This document shows, piece by piece, positions 36,100 to 44,477 of a stretch of 64,000 bases of DNA; position 1 is the stretch's first letter; each line of letters opens with the position of its first letter. Source of the DNA: an uncultured bacterium (GTDB lineage: Bacteria > Babelota > Babeliae > Babelales > Babelaceae). A program made the translations under genes and the position numbers. Under the pieces are notes generated by a model that did not search any database, was not told the origin of the DNA, and saw nothing but the letters and a program-made list of their open reading frames with translations. The DNA lies in assembly GCA_963722385.1 (NCBI GenBank), contig CAVRKK010000002.1:1024001-1088000 (forward strand), given 5' to 3'.

Positions 36100-36236
36100 G
36101 GGCATGTATTTCAGCTACTATTTTGGGCAATAAAGGCCCACAAGAATTACAGAAACTTTTTGACGTTATCGGGTCCTTCTTGTAAATTTTATATGGTTTG
36201 CCTGTCTTCACAACAAATAACTTAAAAGGATTACTT

Positions 36237-37283
36237 ATGGTACCAAGAAAATACTCGATCCAAGCAGGCCTTTTTTTGCTTATGATCGCTGGTGGCCACG
36301 TGTATAAGGCTAAGGCTATGGAGCAAAAAGTTGAAAATTCTGCGTTCGAGTGGCAGAGTCTTGTAACAAAATGTGACTTAAGCGAGCTAAAATTATGGGC
36401 TAATCTTAATAATATTAGTGAGCATATTAATCAGCAAGATCAAGGCGGTCATACCCTTTTACATACGGCTATTATAGCCGAGGCGAAAGAAGATGCTATT
36501 GATTGGTTGCTTGTGAATAAAGCTAATCCGAATCTTCAAACTGTAATGGGTAATACCGCTTTACACCTGGCGATCATGAATGCAGAGAGATCGAGTTGCG
36601 CAGCAATATTAAGGCTCCTCTCGCATGAGAATGTTGATGTTAATCTTATGGACAACGACGGCAATACAATTCTTGATATTGCACAGAAAAAGAAAGTTTT
36701 GGTTAAGGAAATCAAAGCTAAAGGTGGGTTGACGGGCGAACAAGTGCGTCAGCAAAAACAAACTGATGGAGCAAAGACAAGTAATCAGCAAGAAAAAGAA
36801 AAAGAGCAGGAACAGCAAAAAAATACTGACGCAGAACCGTTAACCGAAAAGATGGGGGCTGCGGCTCAGCAAACAGAAGTAAAGAAGGAAATTGCTAAAA
36901 AAGGGAAAGCCAAGCAGCGTGCAGGATTCTTGAAAGCGGAAACATTATCTGAGGGGGCGAGCGGCTTTGGTCCTGGCAACTCAGGCTCTGCCGACAAATC
37001 AATCAATGAAATTGCGGGCAAAAAGAAGAAAGAATTAGGAATTGATCAAGAACCAAAAGACAAGGCGGTACCGGCACGACGCCTAAATCGTTGTTTGCTT
37101 TGTCCCCTCGCTAGTGCTTTAACGGCAGTGACAGCAGCTTTCTATGTCCAAAATTATTGGACTGATGTGCAAGCAGATTTGAAGATGGCAAAAGAATACC
37201 TCAGAGAGCAACTTATAAGCCTTAAAAAAGCTACTGAACAATGGCTGGAGAGTAGGCAAGCGCCTGGAGTCGCCCGCGGCTAG
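36237..37283 (+). CDS. Signal-peptide ankyrin-repeat protein with C-terminal hydrophobic helix (ATG 36237 preferred)
   Basis: GHTLLHTAI, ANPNLQ..GNTALHLAI, GNTILD; RBS AAAGGA upstream. Confidence 0.9.
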   Translation: MVPRKYSIQAGLFLLMIAGGHVYKAKAMEQKVENSAFEWQSLVTKCDLSELKLWANLNNISEHINQQDQGGHTLLHTAIIAEAKEDAIDWLLVNKANPNLQTVMGNTALHLAIMNAERSSCAAILRLLSHENVDVNLMDNDGNTILDIAQKKKVLVKEIKAKGGLTGEQVRQQKQTDGAKTSNQQEKEKEQEQQKNTDAEPLTEKMGAAAQQTEVKKEIAKKGKAKQRAGFLKAETLSEGASGFGPGNSGSADKSINEIAGKKKKELGIDQEPKDKAVPARRLNRCLLCPLASALTAVTAAFYVQNYWTDVQADLKMAKEYLREQLISLKKATEQWLESRQAPGVARG

Positions 37284-37308
37284 CCAAAGAGACCGTGGTA
37301 TTATATAA

Positions 37309-37345
37309 ATAAGAAAGCCCCGGCAAGAAACCGGGGCTTTCTTAT
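37309..37345. terminator. Intrinsic terminator hairpin (degenerate copy at about 39180-39215)
   Basis: 15-bp perfect stem ATAAGAAAGCCCCGG-CAAGAAA-CCGGGGCTTTCTTAT. Confidence 0.8.
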
Positions 37346-37446
37346 AGCTTGTTTTGAAACACAAGAATATTTTGCTCTTTTTCCAAAAACCTTTAAACTT
37401 AAAGCTTAAAGCTCAAAGTCTTATCATAGGGGATGGCAAACAGTAA

Positions 37447-38487
37447 ATGACTATGGCTCAGGGTCGATGGCGCTTTCCTCACCTGCATAATGGGCGTTTT
37501 GCCAGTTATCCGGGAGAAAGAACGAATTCAACATTTTGGCGGGCGCTGCATGCTTTTATGCACTTATTTAAGCGACGGCCCCCCTATCACCCCGAATTAG
37601 ACCCATGGCTTGCCCTTAACAGTCCCCTCCCTCGTTTCCCGATCACCAATGATGCACATATAACCTGGATTGGGCACTCCACTTTTTTGATTACCATTGC
37701 GGGGAAAACGATCTTAACAGACCCTATTTTTGGTACGCTTGTTCACGTGCTCAGCTTTAAGCGAATTACGCCACCTGGCATGACGCTTGCCCAACTACCG
37801 CCCATCGATGCGGTACTTATCTCGCATAATCATCCTGATCATATGGACGAACCGACTCTTCTGGCGCTTAAGGAAGTCCATAACCCCGTTTTTTTAGTGC
37901 CACAAGGTGATAAGCCGTGGTTTGACAAGCGAGGCTTTGAATACGTACATGAGTGTATGTGGTGGGATACGTATAAGCTTTCTAATGAGGTTTCATGTAC
38001 CTTTCTTCCCGCTATCCACTGGTCGCGCCGTGGCATGTTTGATCATAACCGATCTTTATGGGGAGGCTGGATGGTCGAATCGCCAATGCCTAACCCCAAC
38101 ACAATTTATTTTGCTGGTGATACGGCTTATGGAAGCCATTTTAAAGCCATTGCTGAAGCTTACCCACGCATTGACGCAGCTCTTATGCCCATAGGGCCGG
38201 CGGAGCCATATCGCTGGATTCGTTGCTCCCACGTTAATCCTGAAGAAGCGGGCCAGGCATTCTTGGACTTGGGCGCTGATGTTATGATTCCCATGCATTG
38301 GGGCGCCTACTATTTGGGCTCCGAGCAACCACTTGAGCCACTCAATAGGGTTCGTGCCTGGTGGCAGATGCATGCCCGCCATGTTTTAGATAAATCCCTG
38401 CTCTGTATGAAAATGGGACAAACGTGGCCGGTAGCTCCACGGCAGCTTACGCCGATCTCAAGCAAACCAATGGAGCTGATATACTGA
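37447..38487 (+). CDS. MBL-fold metallohydrolase (NAPE-PLD/RomA-like)
   Basis: TWIGHST, LTDPIF, ISHNHPDHMD, HWSRR...LWGG, YFAGDT, PMHWG. Confidence 0.92.
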   Translation: MTMAQGRWRFPHLHNGRFASYPGERTNSTFWRALHAFMHLFKRRPPYHPELDPWLALNSPLPRFPITNDAHITWIGHSTFLITIAGKTILTDPIFGTLVHVLSFKRITPPGMTLAQLPPIDAVLISHNHPDHMDEPTLLALKEVHNPVFLVPQGDKPWFDKRGFEYVHECMWWDTYKLSNEVSCTFLPAIHWSRRGMFDHNRSLWGGWMVESPMPNPNTIYFAGDTAYGSHFKAIAEAYPRIDAALMPIGPAEPYRWIRCSHVNPEEAGQAFLDLGADVMIPMHWGAYYLGSEQPLEPLNRVRAWWQMHARHVLDKSLLCMKMGQTWPVAPRQLTPISSKPMELIY

Positions 38488-38581
38488 AGTTTTATCGTGA
38501 AATTAAGTAATAAGTCGATAGATTATTGCAATTGGTCAAATAAATTGTTTATACTTATAATGAAATTGCATTATTGTATTA

Positions 38582-39154
38582 TTGATGGAGGATATTATGA
38601 TTATATTTAATAAATCAAATTGCTTGAAAAGTTTGCTTTTTTTAGCCATTCTCGGCACGGGTTATTCCCAGATCAAGCCTAAGATTGATCAAGCTAATAT
38701 TTCAATGCTTGTCTCTAGTTTAGAACACGTTTTTAACAGCATAAATGCGAGAAATTGGGAATCAACTGTTGATCATGATCTTAGGGGTTTAAGTTCTTAT
38801 ACCAAAGAAGAAAATCCGCCTTCTGCTCGAGGGCTTACTAACGATATTCTCGATGACCTGAAGCAAGTGATTGCACTTGCTAAAAATGGTGATCTAGAAG
38901 TAGCTCAAGCTTTGGTTGCTAAAGCACAGAATGAGGTAACCATGTTTGAAAGAGATGTAAAAAGTTTTGTAAGGTCTATTGTGGCACCAGCAGGCGTTCT
39001 CAAGCCTGCTGCGGTATTAGTGCATACGGAAAAGTTTGTCGATGTCTTGGAACGTAGCTTAGCATGGGCTTCTTCAGATATCGAGCGATATAGGAAATTT
39101 GAAAAAGCTGCTGAACAATGGCGCGAAAGTACGCAAGCGCCTATAGTTGGCTAG
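38582..39154 (+). CDS. Hypothetical secreted helical protein (start probably one of the downstream ATGs)
   Basis: Signal-like N-terminus; no family recognised. Confidence 0.7.
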   Translation: MMEDIMIIFNKSNCLKSLLFLAILGTGYSQIKPKIDQANISMLVSSLEHVFNSINARNWESTVDHDLRGLSSYTKEENPPSARGLTNDILDDLKQVIALAKNGDLEVAQALVAKAQNEVTMFERDVKSFVRSIVAPAGVLKPAAVLVHTEKFVDVLERSLAWASSDIERYRKFEKAAEQWRESTQAPIVG

Positions 39155-39279
39155 CCAAAGAGATCATCGTATTATATAAATAAGAAAGCTCCGGCAAGAA
39201 GTCGGGCTTTCTTATTGCTTGTTTTGAAACATAGGAATATTATGCTCTTTTTCTAAAAACCTTAGCTCGCTTTCGCGAT

Positions 39280-40194
39280 TTAATCGTAAAAATTTTTGGT
39301 CAAGTACGATCGACCGGAATCGGTAAAAAGCGTAACTACCACATCGTTTGGTGTTAGCGTGCGCGCATGTTCTCGCGCTGCATAGGCTGCTGCCCCGCTT
39401 GCTGGCCCAACGAAAAGCCCCTGCTGGTGCGCAAGCTCTTTTAGAATACCAATTGCTTGCTCATCAGAAACTTCTATGAATTCATCAATGCAAGAATCTT
39501 CGACCATAGGCGCATCGTAATCGACGCCGAGACCCTCAAGCTTGTACGGCTTGGGATTCCCCTTGGTGGATCGATAGGATGTTTGCGCATCAACGCCAAT
39601 GACTTTGAGCTGTGGATTTTGCTCCTTGAGGAATTTGCCGGTGCCATTAATAGTGCCACCGGAACCAACTGCTGCGCAAAAATGGGTAATTACCCCCTTG
39701 GTCTGCTGCCAAATTTCGGGGCCTGTTTGCACATAGTGAGCACGTGCATTGTCAAAGTTAAAATATTGATTGAGCATGAATGAATTGGGTGTCTTCTGAT
39801 GCAGCTCAAGCGCTTTGCTATGATACCCATCAGGGTCAGTAAGAGTGTGCGTAACGGGATACTCAATTACGTGTGCTCCATAAGCGCGCAAGCTTTGCTT
39901 TTTTTCCGTGCTTACTTTCTCAGTAACGGTGATGATGACTTTGTACCCTTTGGCAGCGCCGATCATAGCGGCCGCTATGCCCTGATTGCCCGATGAAGCT
40001 TCAATGATGGTGCCGCCCGGCTTGAGCTTCCCCGTACGTTCAGCCTCTTCTATCATAAAGAGTGCGGCTCTGTCTTTGATCGATCCGCTCGGGTTCATGT
40101 ACTCCAGCTTTGCATAAACACGCGCAGGGGTATCAAAGGCAAGCCTAATAAGAGGTGTGTTTCCTATGCTTGGTAAAATGCTCTCGTACATCAT
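39280..40194 (-). CDS. PLP-dependent cysteine synthase/cystathionine beta-synthase family protein
   Basis: IGNTPL, AKLEYMNPSGSIKDR, EASSGNQG, VGSGGT, DSGRSY. Confidence 0.93.
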   Translation of the reverse strand: MMYESILPSIGNTPLIRLAFDTPARVYAKLEYMNPSGSIKDRAALFMIEEAERTGKLKPGGTIIEASSGNQGIAAAMIGAAKGYKVIITVTEKVSTEKKQSLRAYGAHVIEYPVTHTLTDPDGYHSKALELHQKTPNSFMLNQYFNFDNARAHYVQTGPEIWQQTKGVITHFCAAVGSGGTINGTGKFLKEQNPQLKVIGVDAQTSYRSTKGNPKPYKLEGLGVDYDAPMVEDSCIDEFIEVSDEQAIGILKELAHQQGLFVGPASGAAAYAAREHARTLTPNDVVVTLFTDSGRSYLTKNFYD

Positions 40195-40258
40195 AAAAAT
40201 CTTAATTTGATTGCCTATATGGTTATAGTATAGAAAAAAAGAGCTTTTTGTGCAAAGC

Positions 40259-41410
40259 TTATAAACTGCTATAAAGCTGCTGATGCTTATTGACCATTAC
40301 CGGTATGCTAAACTCGGTTAAGTTATCAGGGTAATGACGCACCGTTATAAAAAGCAGTTCATCAAGCGTGAGGGAGAGCATCCCTTTTGCCATATTTTGC
40401 CAATCATGCTGAGAATAAATAAAACCATTAACGCCGTGATGGACGATGTCACGTATGCCCCCGGTATCGTAGCACATAATAGGTATTCGGGTGAGCCGTG
40501 CCTCAATCAACGCACATGGCAATCCCTCCCACAATGAAGTTAGTACAAAGCAGTGCCACTTTCGCAAAAAAGGACGCACGTCTTTTTGCCAGCCGTGCAA
40601 GATAACAGCTTGCTGTAATCCATTTTTGGTAATCCACTCTTCTATTTCAGGCCGTAATACGCCATCACCGACGATCTCAAGTCGTGTTTGCGCATTGCCC
40701 TCGTGAACGGTTTTAAAGGCTTTGAGAGTATCAAAAATATTTTTTTGAGCTTTAAAGCACACGATTGCGCCGAAAATAAAAGGTTGCCCGTAATCAGGAA
40801 ACGGCGTTGCTTGCCGAGCGGGCACATAAAAGAGCTCCGTGTTAATTGCTGCTCTAATAATTGAGCTCTTCTTTTTAAAGCGGGGCAGTGACCTTATACC
40901 ATTGACCACATCAGCGCTTGAAACGCAGATAAAATGATTGGTAAGCGGTGAGCAAATAAGCTCAATAAAATACATAATAAACCACACAAATGAGTTCTGG
41001 TGCTGATGGAAAGCAAAGCCATGGACCGTATGGATACGCTTTTTAATACGTGCAGCCGTGGCAGCTAATCGTCCAAGTACTCCCGCTTTTGAGCCATGCG
41101 TGTGGACAATAACGTTGGGATGCTTCTTTTTAATGGCGCGCATAATCTTAACAAGCGAAAAAAAAGTTTTGATCTCGCGTAAAAAATTCTTTATACCTAC
41201 TTCGCGCTTGAGCGAATCAAGCAAAAAAACATTCGGTAAATCTTTGACCTCATCAACGAGAAGGCCGTCGGTGCCTGTGATAAGAAAGGTTGTTGAACCG
41301 GCTTTCTGCATCTCGCTAAAGAGTGAAAGACACACTTTCTGTGCCCCCCCAAGCTCAAGCTTGGTAATTATATAAATGATCGGTGGTTGTTGGTAAGTTG
41401 ACATACGCAA
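40259..41410 (-). CDS. Glycosyltransferase family 4
   Basis: ELGGAQK, VHTHGSKAG, HTVHG, TSLWEGLP..LIEA. Confidence 0.93.
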   Translation of the reverse strand: MRMSTYQQPPIIYIITKLELGGAQKVCLSLFSEMQKAGSTTFLITGTDGLLVDEVKDLPNVFLLDSLKREVGIKNFLREIKTFFSLVKIMRAIKKKHPNVIVHTHGSKAGVLGRLAATAARIKKRIHTVHGFAFHQHQNSFVWFIMYFIELICSPLTNHFICVSSADVVNGIRSLPRFKKKSSIIRAAINTELFYVPARQATPFPDYGQPFIFGAIVCFKAQKNIFDTLKAFKTVHEGNAQTRLEIVGDGVLRPEIEEWITKNGLQQAVILHGWQKDVRPFLRKWHCFVLTSLWEGLPCALIEARLTRIPIMCYDTGGIRDIVHHGVNGFIYSQHDWQNMAKGMLSLTLDELLFITVRHYPDNLTEFSIPVMVNKHQQLYSSL

Positions 41411-41593
41411 TTCTCTAAGGTTAAGTTTAACTGGCTTTTAAGTTTATGCGAAATTTCGGCGAAAGCCAGCTCTGTTTATATAATTTTTAAAATTGTGTTA
41501 TGTGAATCTTAATTTAGCGTACAAAATTATGCTTTTAACGCGATTAATTAGCGATAGAATTATAAAATCACCATGAGCGGTGGTAGGTGAAAA

Positions 41594-42517
41594 TCAAGGA
41601 ACTGCTTCATCGCCCTTTTGCTTTGTTTGGAAATGTTCGATTGCTTGCTTAATGAGTTCTGGTGCGCTTATAAGAATAGAGACATGCTTGACGTTGGGCA
41701 GAATGCTAACGAGAGAGTTTTGTTGAATCGGCTCAGGCGCGAACGTGCTCAGACGAATTACTTTTTCTGGCAAGAACTGTTCATCGTGTTGGCCAACGTA
41801 GAGTGCGAAAGGTTGTCCTAGCTTGGCAAAAAGAGCCTGAGGGTTTTCAGGTATTATCCCGCTTAACAGGGTATAGGTGTAGGAAGGCAGTATAAGAGGG
41901 TCTTCTCGTTTAGTGGTTAAGGGATAGTTAAAAAAGATGGCTGGCGTATGGGCGAGGATCCGTCCTTTTGACAATCGAGCAATGGCCATTACCCATTTCC
42001 GTATTTTTTTGATGAAGCTGCGCTTTTTAGCGATCGGCCGCTGTGTTTGTGCTTCTTCTCCCCAATAGGGGGCAAGAAAAATATAACCAGCAATAGCGGG
42101 ATGGCATGAGTTGCTATAATTTAAAATAAGACCGGCTCCTGAAGAGTGGCCGACTAAATAGATCGGTACACCAGGATGTAATTGAGCGATATGGCGTATC
42201 ACCGTTTCCACATCAGCTACCACGTGCTGACTGCTTGGAGCATCCCCTCGCTTTCCTCCTGAGCTGCCATGTCCCCGTATATCAATGCAATATGCACCGA
42301 TGGTCGAATTTTGTTGAAGCTTCCAGCCAACCCATCGATAGGCGTTATTAGAATAAATGCCTGCTCCATGATATATGATAACAAGTGCGGATAAGCTATG
42401 ATCTGGCAAAAAAGAATAATAGATAAGTTGTTTGCCGTCCGTGGCATCGATGATGCGCGGTGCTGCTTTTATTTTTTCAAGAGCCTGGACCTCAGCCACA
42501 GAAAATGGGTACGCCAT
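41594..42517 (-). CDS. Alpha/beta hydrolase (lysophospholipase-like)
   Basis: YHGAG, DIRGHGSSGGKRGD, GHSSG nucleophile, G..DE, H near the C-terminus. Confidence 0.9.
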   Translation of the reverse strand: MAYPFSVAEVQALEKIKAAPRIIDATDGKQLIYYSFLPDHSLSALVIIYHGAGIYSNNAYRWVGWKLQQNSTIGAYCIDIRGHGSSGGKRGDAPSSQHVVADVETVIRHIAQLHPGVPIYLVGHSSGAGLILNYSNSCHPAIAGYIFLAPYWGEEAQTQRPIAKKRSFIKKIRKWVMAIARLSKGRILAHTPAIFFNYPLTTKREDPLILPSYTYTLLSGIIPENPQALFAKLGQPFALYVGQHDEQFLPEKVIRLSTFAPEPIQQNSLVSILPNVKHVSILISAPELIKQAIEHFQTKQKGDEAVP

Positions 42518-42790
42518 GCTTAATGGTCCTTTATGATTATTTTTTCCCCCTTCTAGAATAGCTCAAGAACGGTTATAAAGCAAAGCGAGGTTGTGGAAAA
42601 GCATTTTGTCTATGTAAAAAAGTATGAATTTTGGCAAAAAATTTTCTTTGTTTATGTTTTGCTAAGAAACATTTAATTTACGGTGAGTTGCAAAATAATT
42701 TTTGATGTATTGACTTTATTTATTTTTGTTTGTTATTTTAAATTAGTAATATTTAATTTAAATTATTTACTAAAAACTAAAGGAAGAAAA

Positions 42791-43558
42791 ATGTTTGTCC
42801 GATTTCTTTATTCATTATCTTTTACATTTTTCTTAAGCGCTTTTATGCAAGCCAAGACAGAAACAATTGATTGCGCAAGGCCTACCGTGACGGCACGGAA
42901 TTCAATTAGTGAGATAGCGAAGGCATACCGTGAGTTTTTGCTAAGCTGTCATCCTGATAAAAGAAAGGGTTTTGCTAGTCCTAAGCAGATACATGACGAA
43001 TTTATAAAGGGCGAAGAGGCTTATAGCACATTATTACAAAGACAGAAAGAACCGTTTGAAATGAAAGAACCTCCATTTTATTCAATGAAAGAGGAGAAGG
43101 TAAGAAAAACAGGATTTGCGCGGCCACTTTCACCACTCGATGAAGAATTAGTTAAGGCGGTGAATTACCTCAATCAAGATGAAGTCGCACGCCTGCTTAA
43201 AAGAGGTGCAAAGGTGAGTGGACAGTCATTAGTTAAAGTAATCGAAATGCTAAGCGCCGATAGGTGCCTATCTTTTGACGGAAGTAGGCCAATGTTGGCT
43301 TTATTGATTGAACATATCAGCGATCCAAATATTACCAACGAAGTCGTTAATTGGGAAGAGTGCTATATAGCAGGCTTTTTAGAAGAGACTTATTGTGATG
43401 CTCGCACCGGAACTTTTTTTGAATACGTAGATTTTAAGTTAAAAGAAAAAGGCTACTTTGGCGAAAGAAGATGTAAAAATGCGCTCAGTAGTGAGGAAGC
43501 ACAGGCTATCTTTGATGCGGTTAATCGTGCCAAACAGCAAAGCCTTAATGAGCTATAA
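42791..43558 (+). CDS. Signal-peptide protein with J-domain and ankyrin-like repeat
   Basis: RBS AAGGA before ATG 42791; SEIAKAYR.....CHPDK.....F....EAY..L; then ELVKAV...V.RLLKRGA. Confidence 0.75.
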   Translation: MFVRFLYSLSFTFFLSAFMQAKTETIDCARPTVTARNSISEIAKAYREFLLSCHPDKRKGFASPKQIHDEFIKGEEAYSTLLQRQKEPFEMKEPPFYSMKEEKVRKTGFARPLSPLDEELVKAVNYLNQDEVARLLKRGAKVSGQSLVKVIEMLSADRCLSFDGSRPMLALLIEHISDPNITNEVVNWEECYIAGFLEETYCDARTGTFFEYVDFKLKEKGYFGERRCKNALSSEEAQAIFDAVNRAKQQSLNEL

Positions 43559-44252
43559 AGATGAACCCTTTTGGAAAGAACTAAAACAGGGCAAAGAGGA
43601 ACTGTTTTACGGCTTAGCAAAAGAAAGACGTGCAGACTTATTTATGCTCGATAAGCTGTTTGAACAGAATAATATAAATCCTATCTTACAAGTGCTAGAT
43701 TTTCTTGCAAAACAAACTGATTCTCCTCTTTATTCAGCAAGAAAACTATTCTTATCTTCCCATCCATCAAATATCGAACGAGTCTTGTATATGGTAGGCT
43801 TCTTGAAGGATCACGGCGTTGATGTTAATAGTGCGCTTAAAAATTGGCAACGTCATGGTGTCTGTTTGCCTTTACAAATACAGGAACTTTTTCCTTCCTT
43901 TGTTAAAGAACAATCGTTAAGGTCTCAGATAGTGCGAACAAAATATGAACAATGGCTCGAGAAACAAAAACATGATTACGATCTATGGAAAAAACAACTT
44001 TATGAGACATGGCGTTTGGAAGGCATAGAAAACAATGACCAAAAATATGATTTATTATTGCGCGTTCTAGCCTCCTCAACTAATCGGCATGATGAAGAAG
44101 AGAGAAAACAAGCACTCTATAGCTATAATTTACTTCGAGAACGATATAACAAACCGGTCATAAGAAAATTTGAAAATATTGATCGAGATTGGCTTGACGC
44201 AATTGAAATGAAGTTATTCTTTGGAGAGGCAGAGAAGATAACCTTTCGGTAA
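43548..44252 (+). CDS. M48-peptidase-like C-terminal fragment (no HExxH; possibly 5'-truncated)
   Basis: KERRADLF and FLSSHPSNIER resemble the M48 ExxAD and sTHP...eR motifs; start uncertain. Confidence 0.5.
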   Translation: MSYKDEPFWKELKQGKEELFYGLAKERRADLFMLDKLFEQNNINPILQVLDFLAKQTDSPLYSARKLFLSSHPSNIERVLYMVGFLKDHGVDVNSALKNWQRHGVCLPLQIQELFPSFVKEQSLRSQIVRTKYEQWLEKQKHDYDLWKKQLYETWRLEGIENNDQKYDLLLRVLASSTNRHDEEERKQALYSYNLLRERYNKPVIRKFENIDRDWLDAIEMKLFFGEAEKITFR

Positions 44253-44477
44253 ATTATGATAAAGCAATAAATGGGGAAATTTTGTTGGGTAGGATTACTT
44301 CCAACATGCTGTTAATATAGATTTCTTATCAATTATCGAAAATATCTCGGTGGCTAGATTTATGCTTTGTTGAAATATTGAGCGACAGGCATGATGTAAT
44401 ATTTAAATAAAAATATTGCAAGATAGAAAAAAATTATGCTATCTTGCTTATAATATATACTATTATGGAGATTTATT

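Noticed and set aside
43458..43558. Programmed frameshift fusing the J-domain and M48-like ORFs
   Set aside because: No clear slippery site, and a fusion would still lack HExxH.
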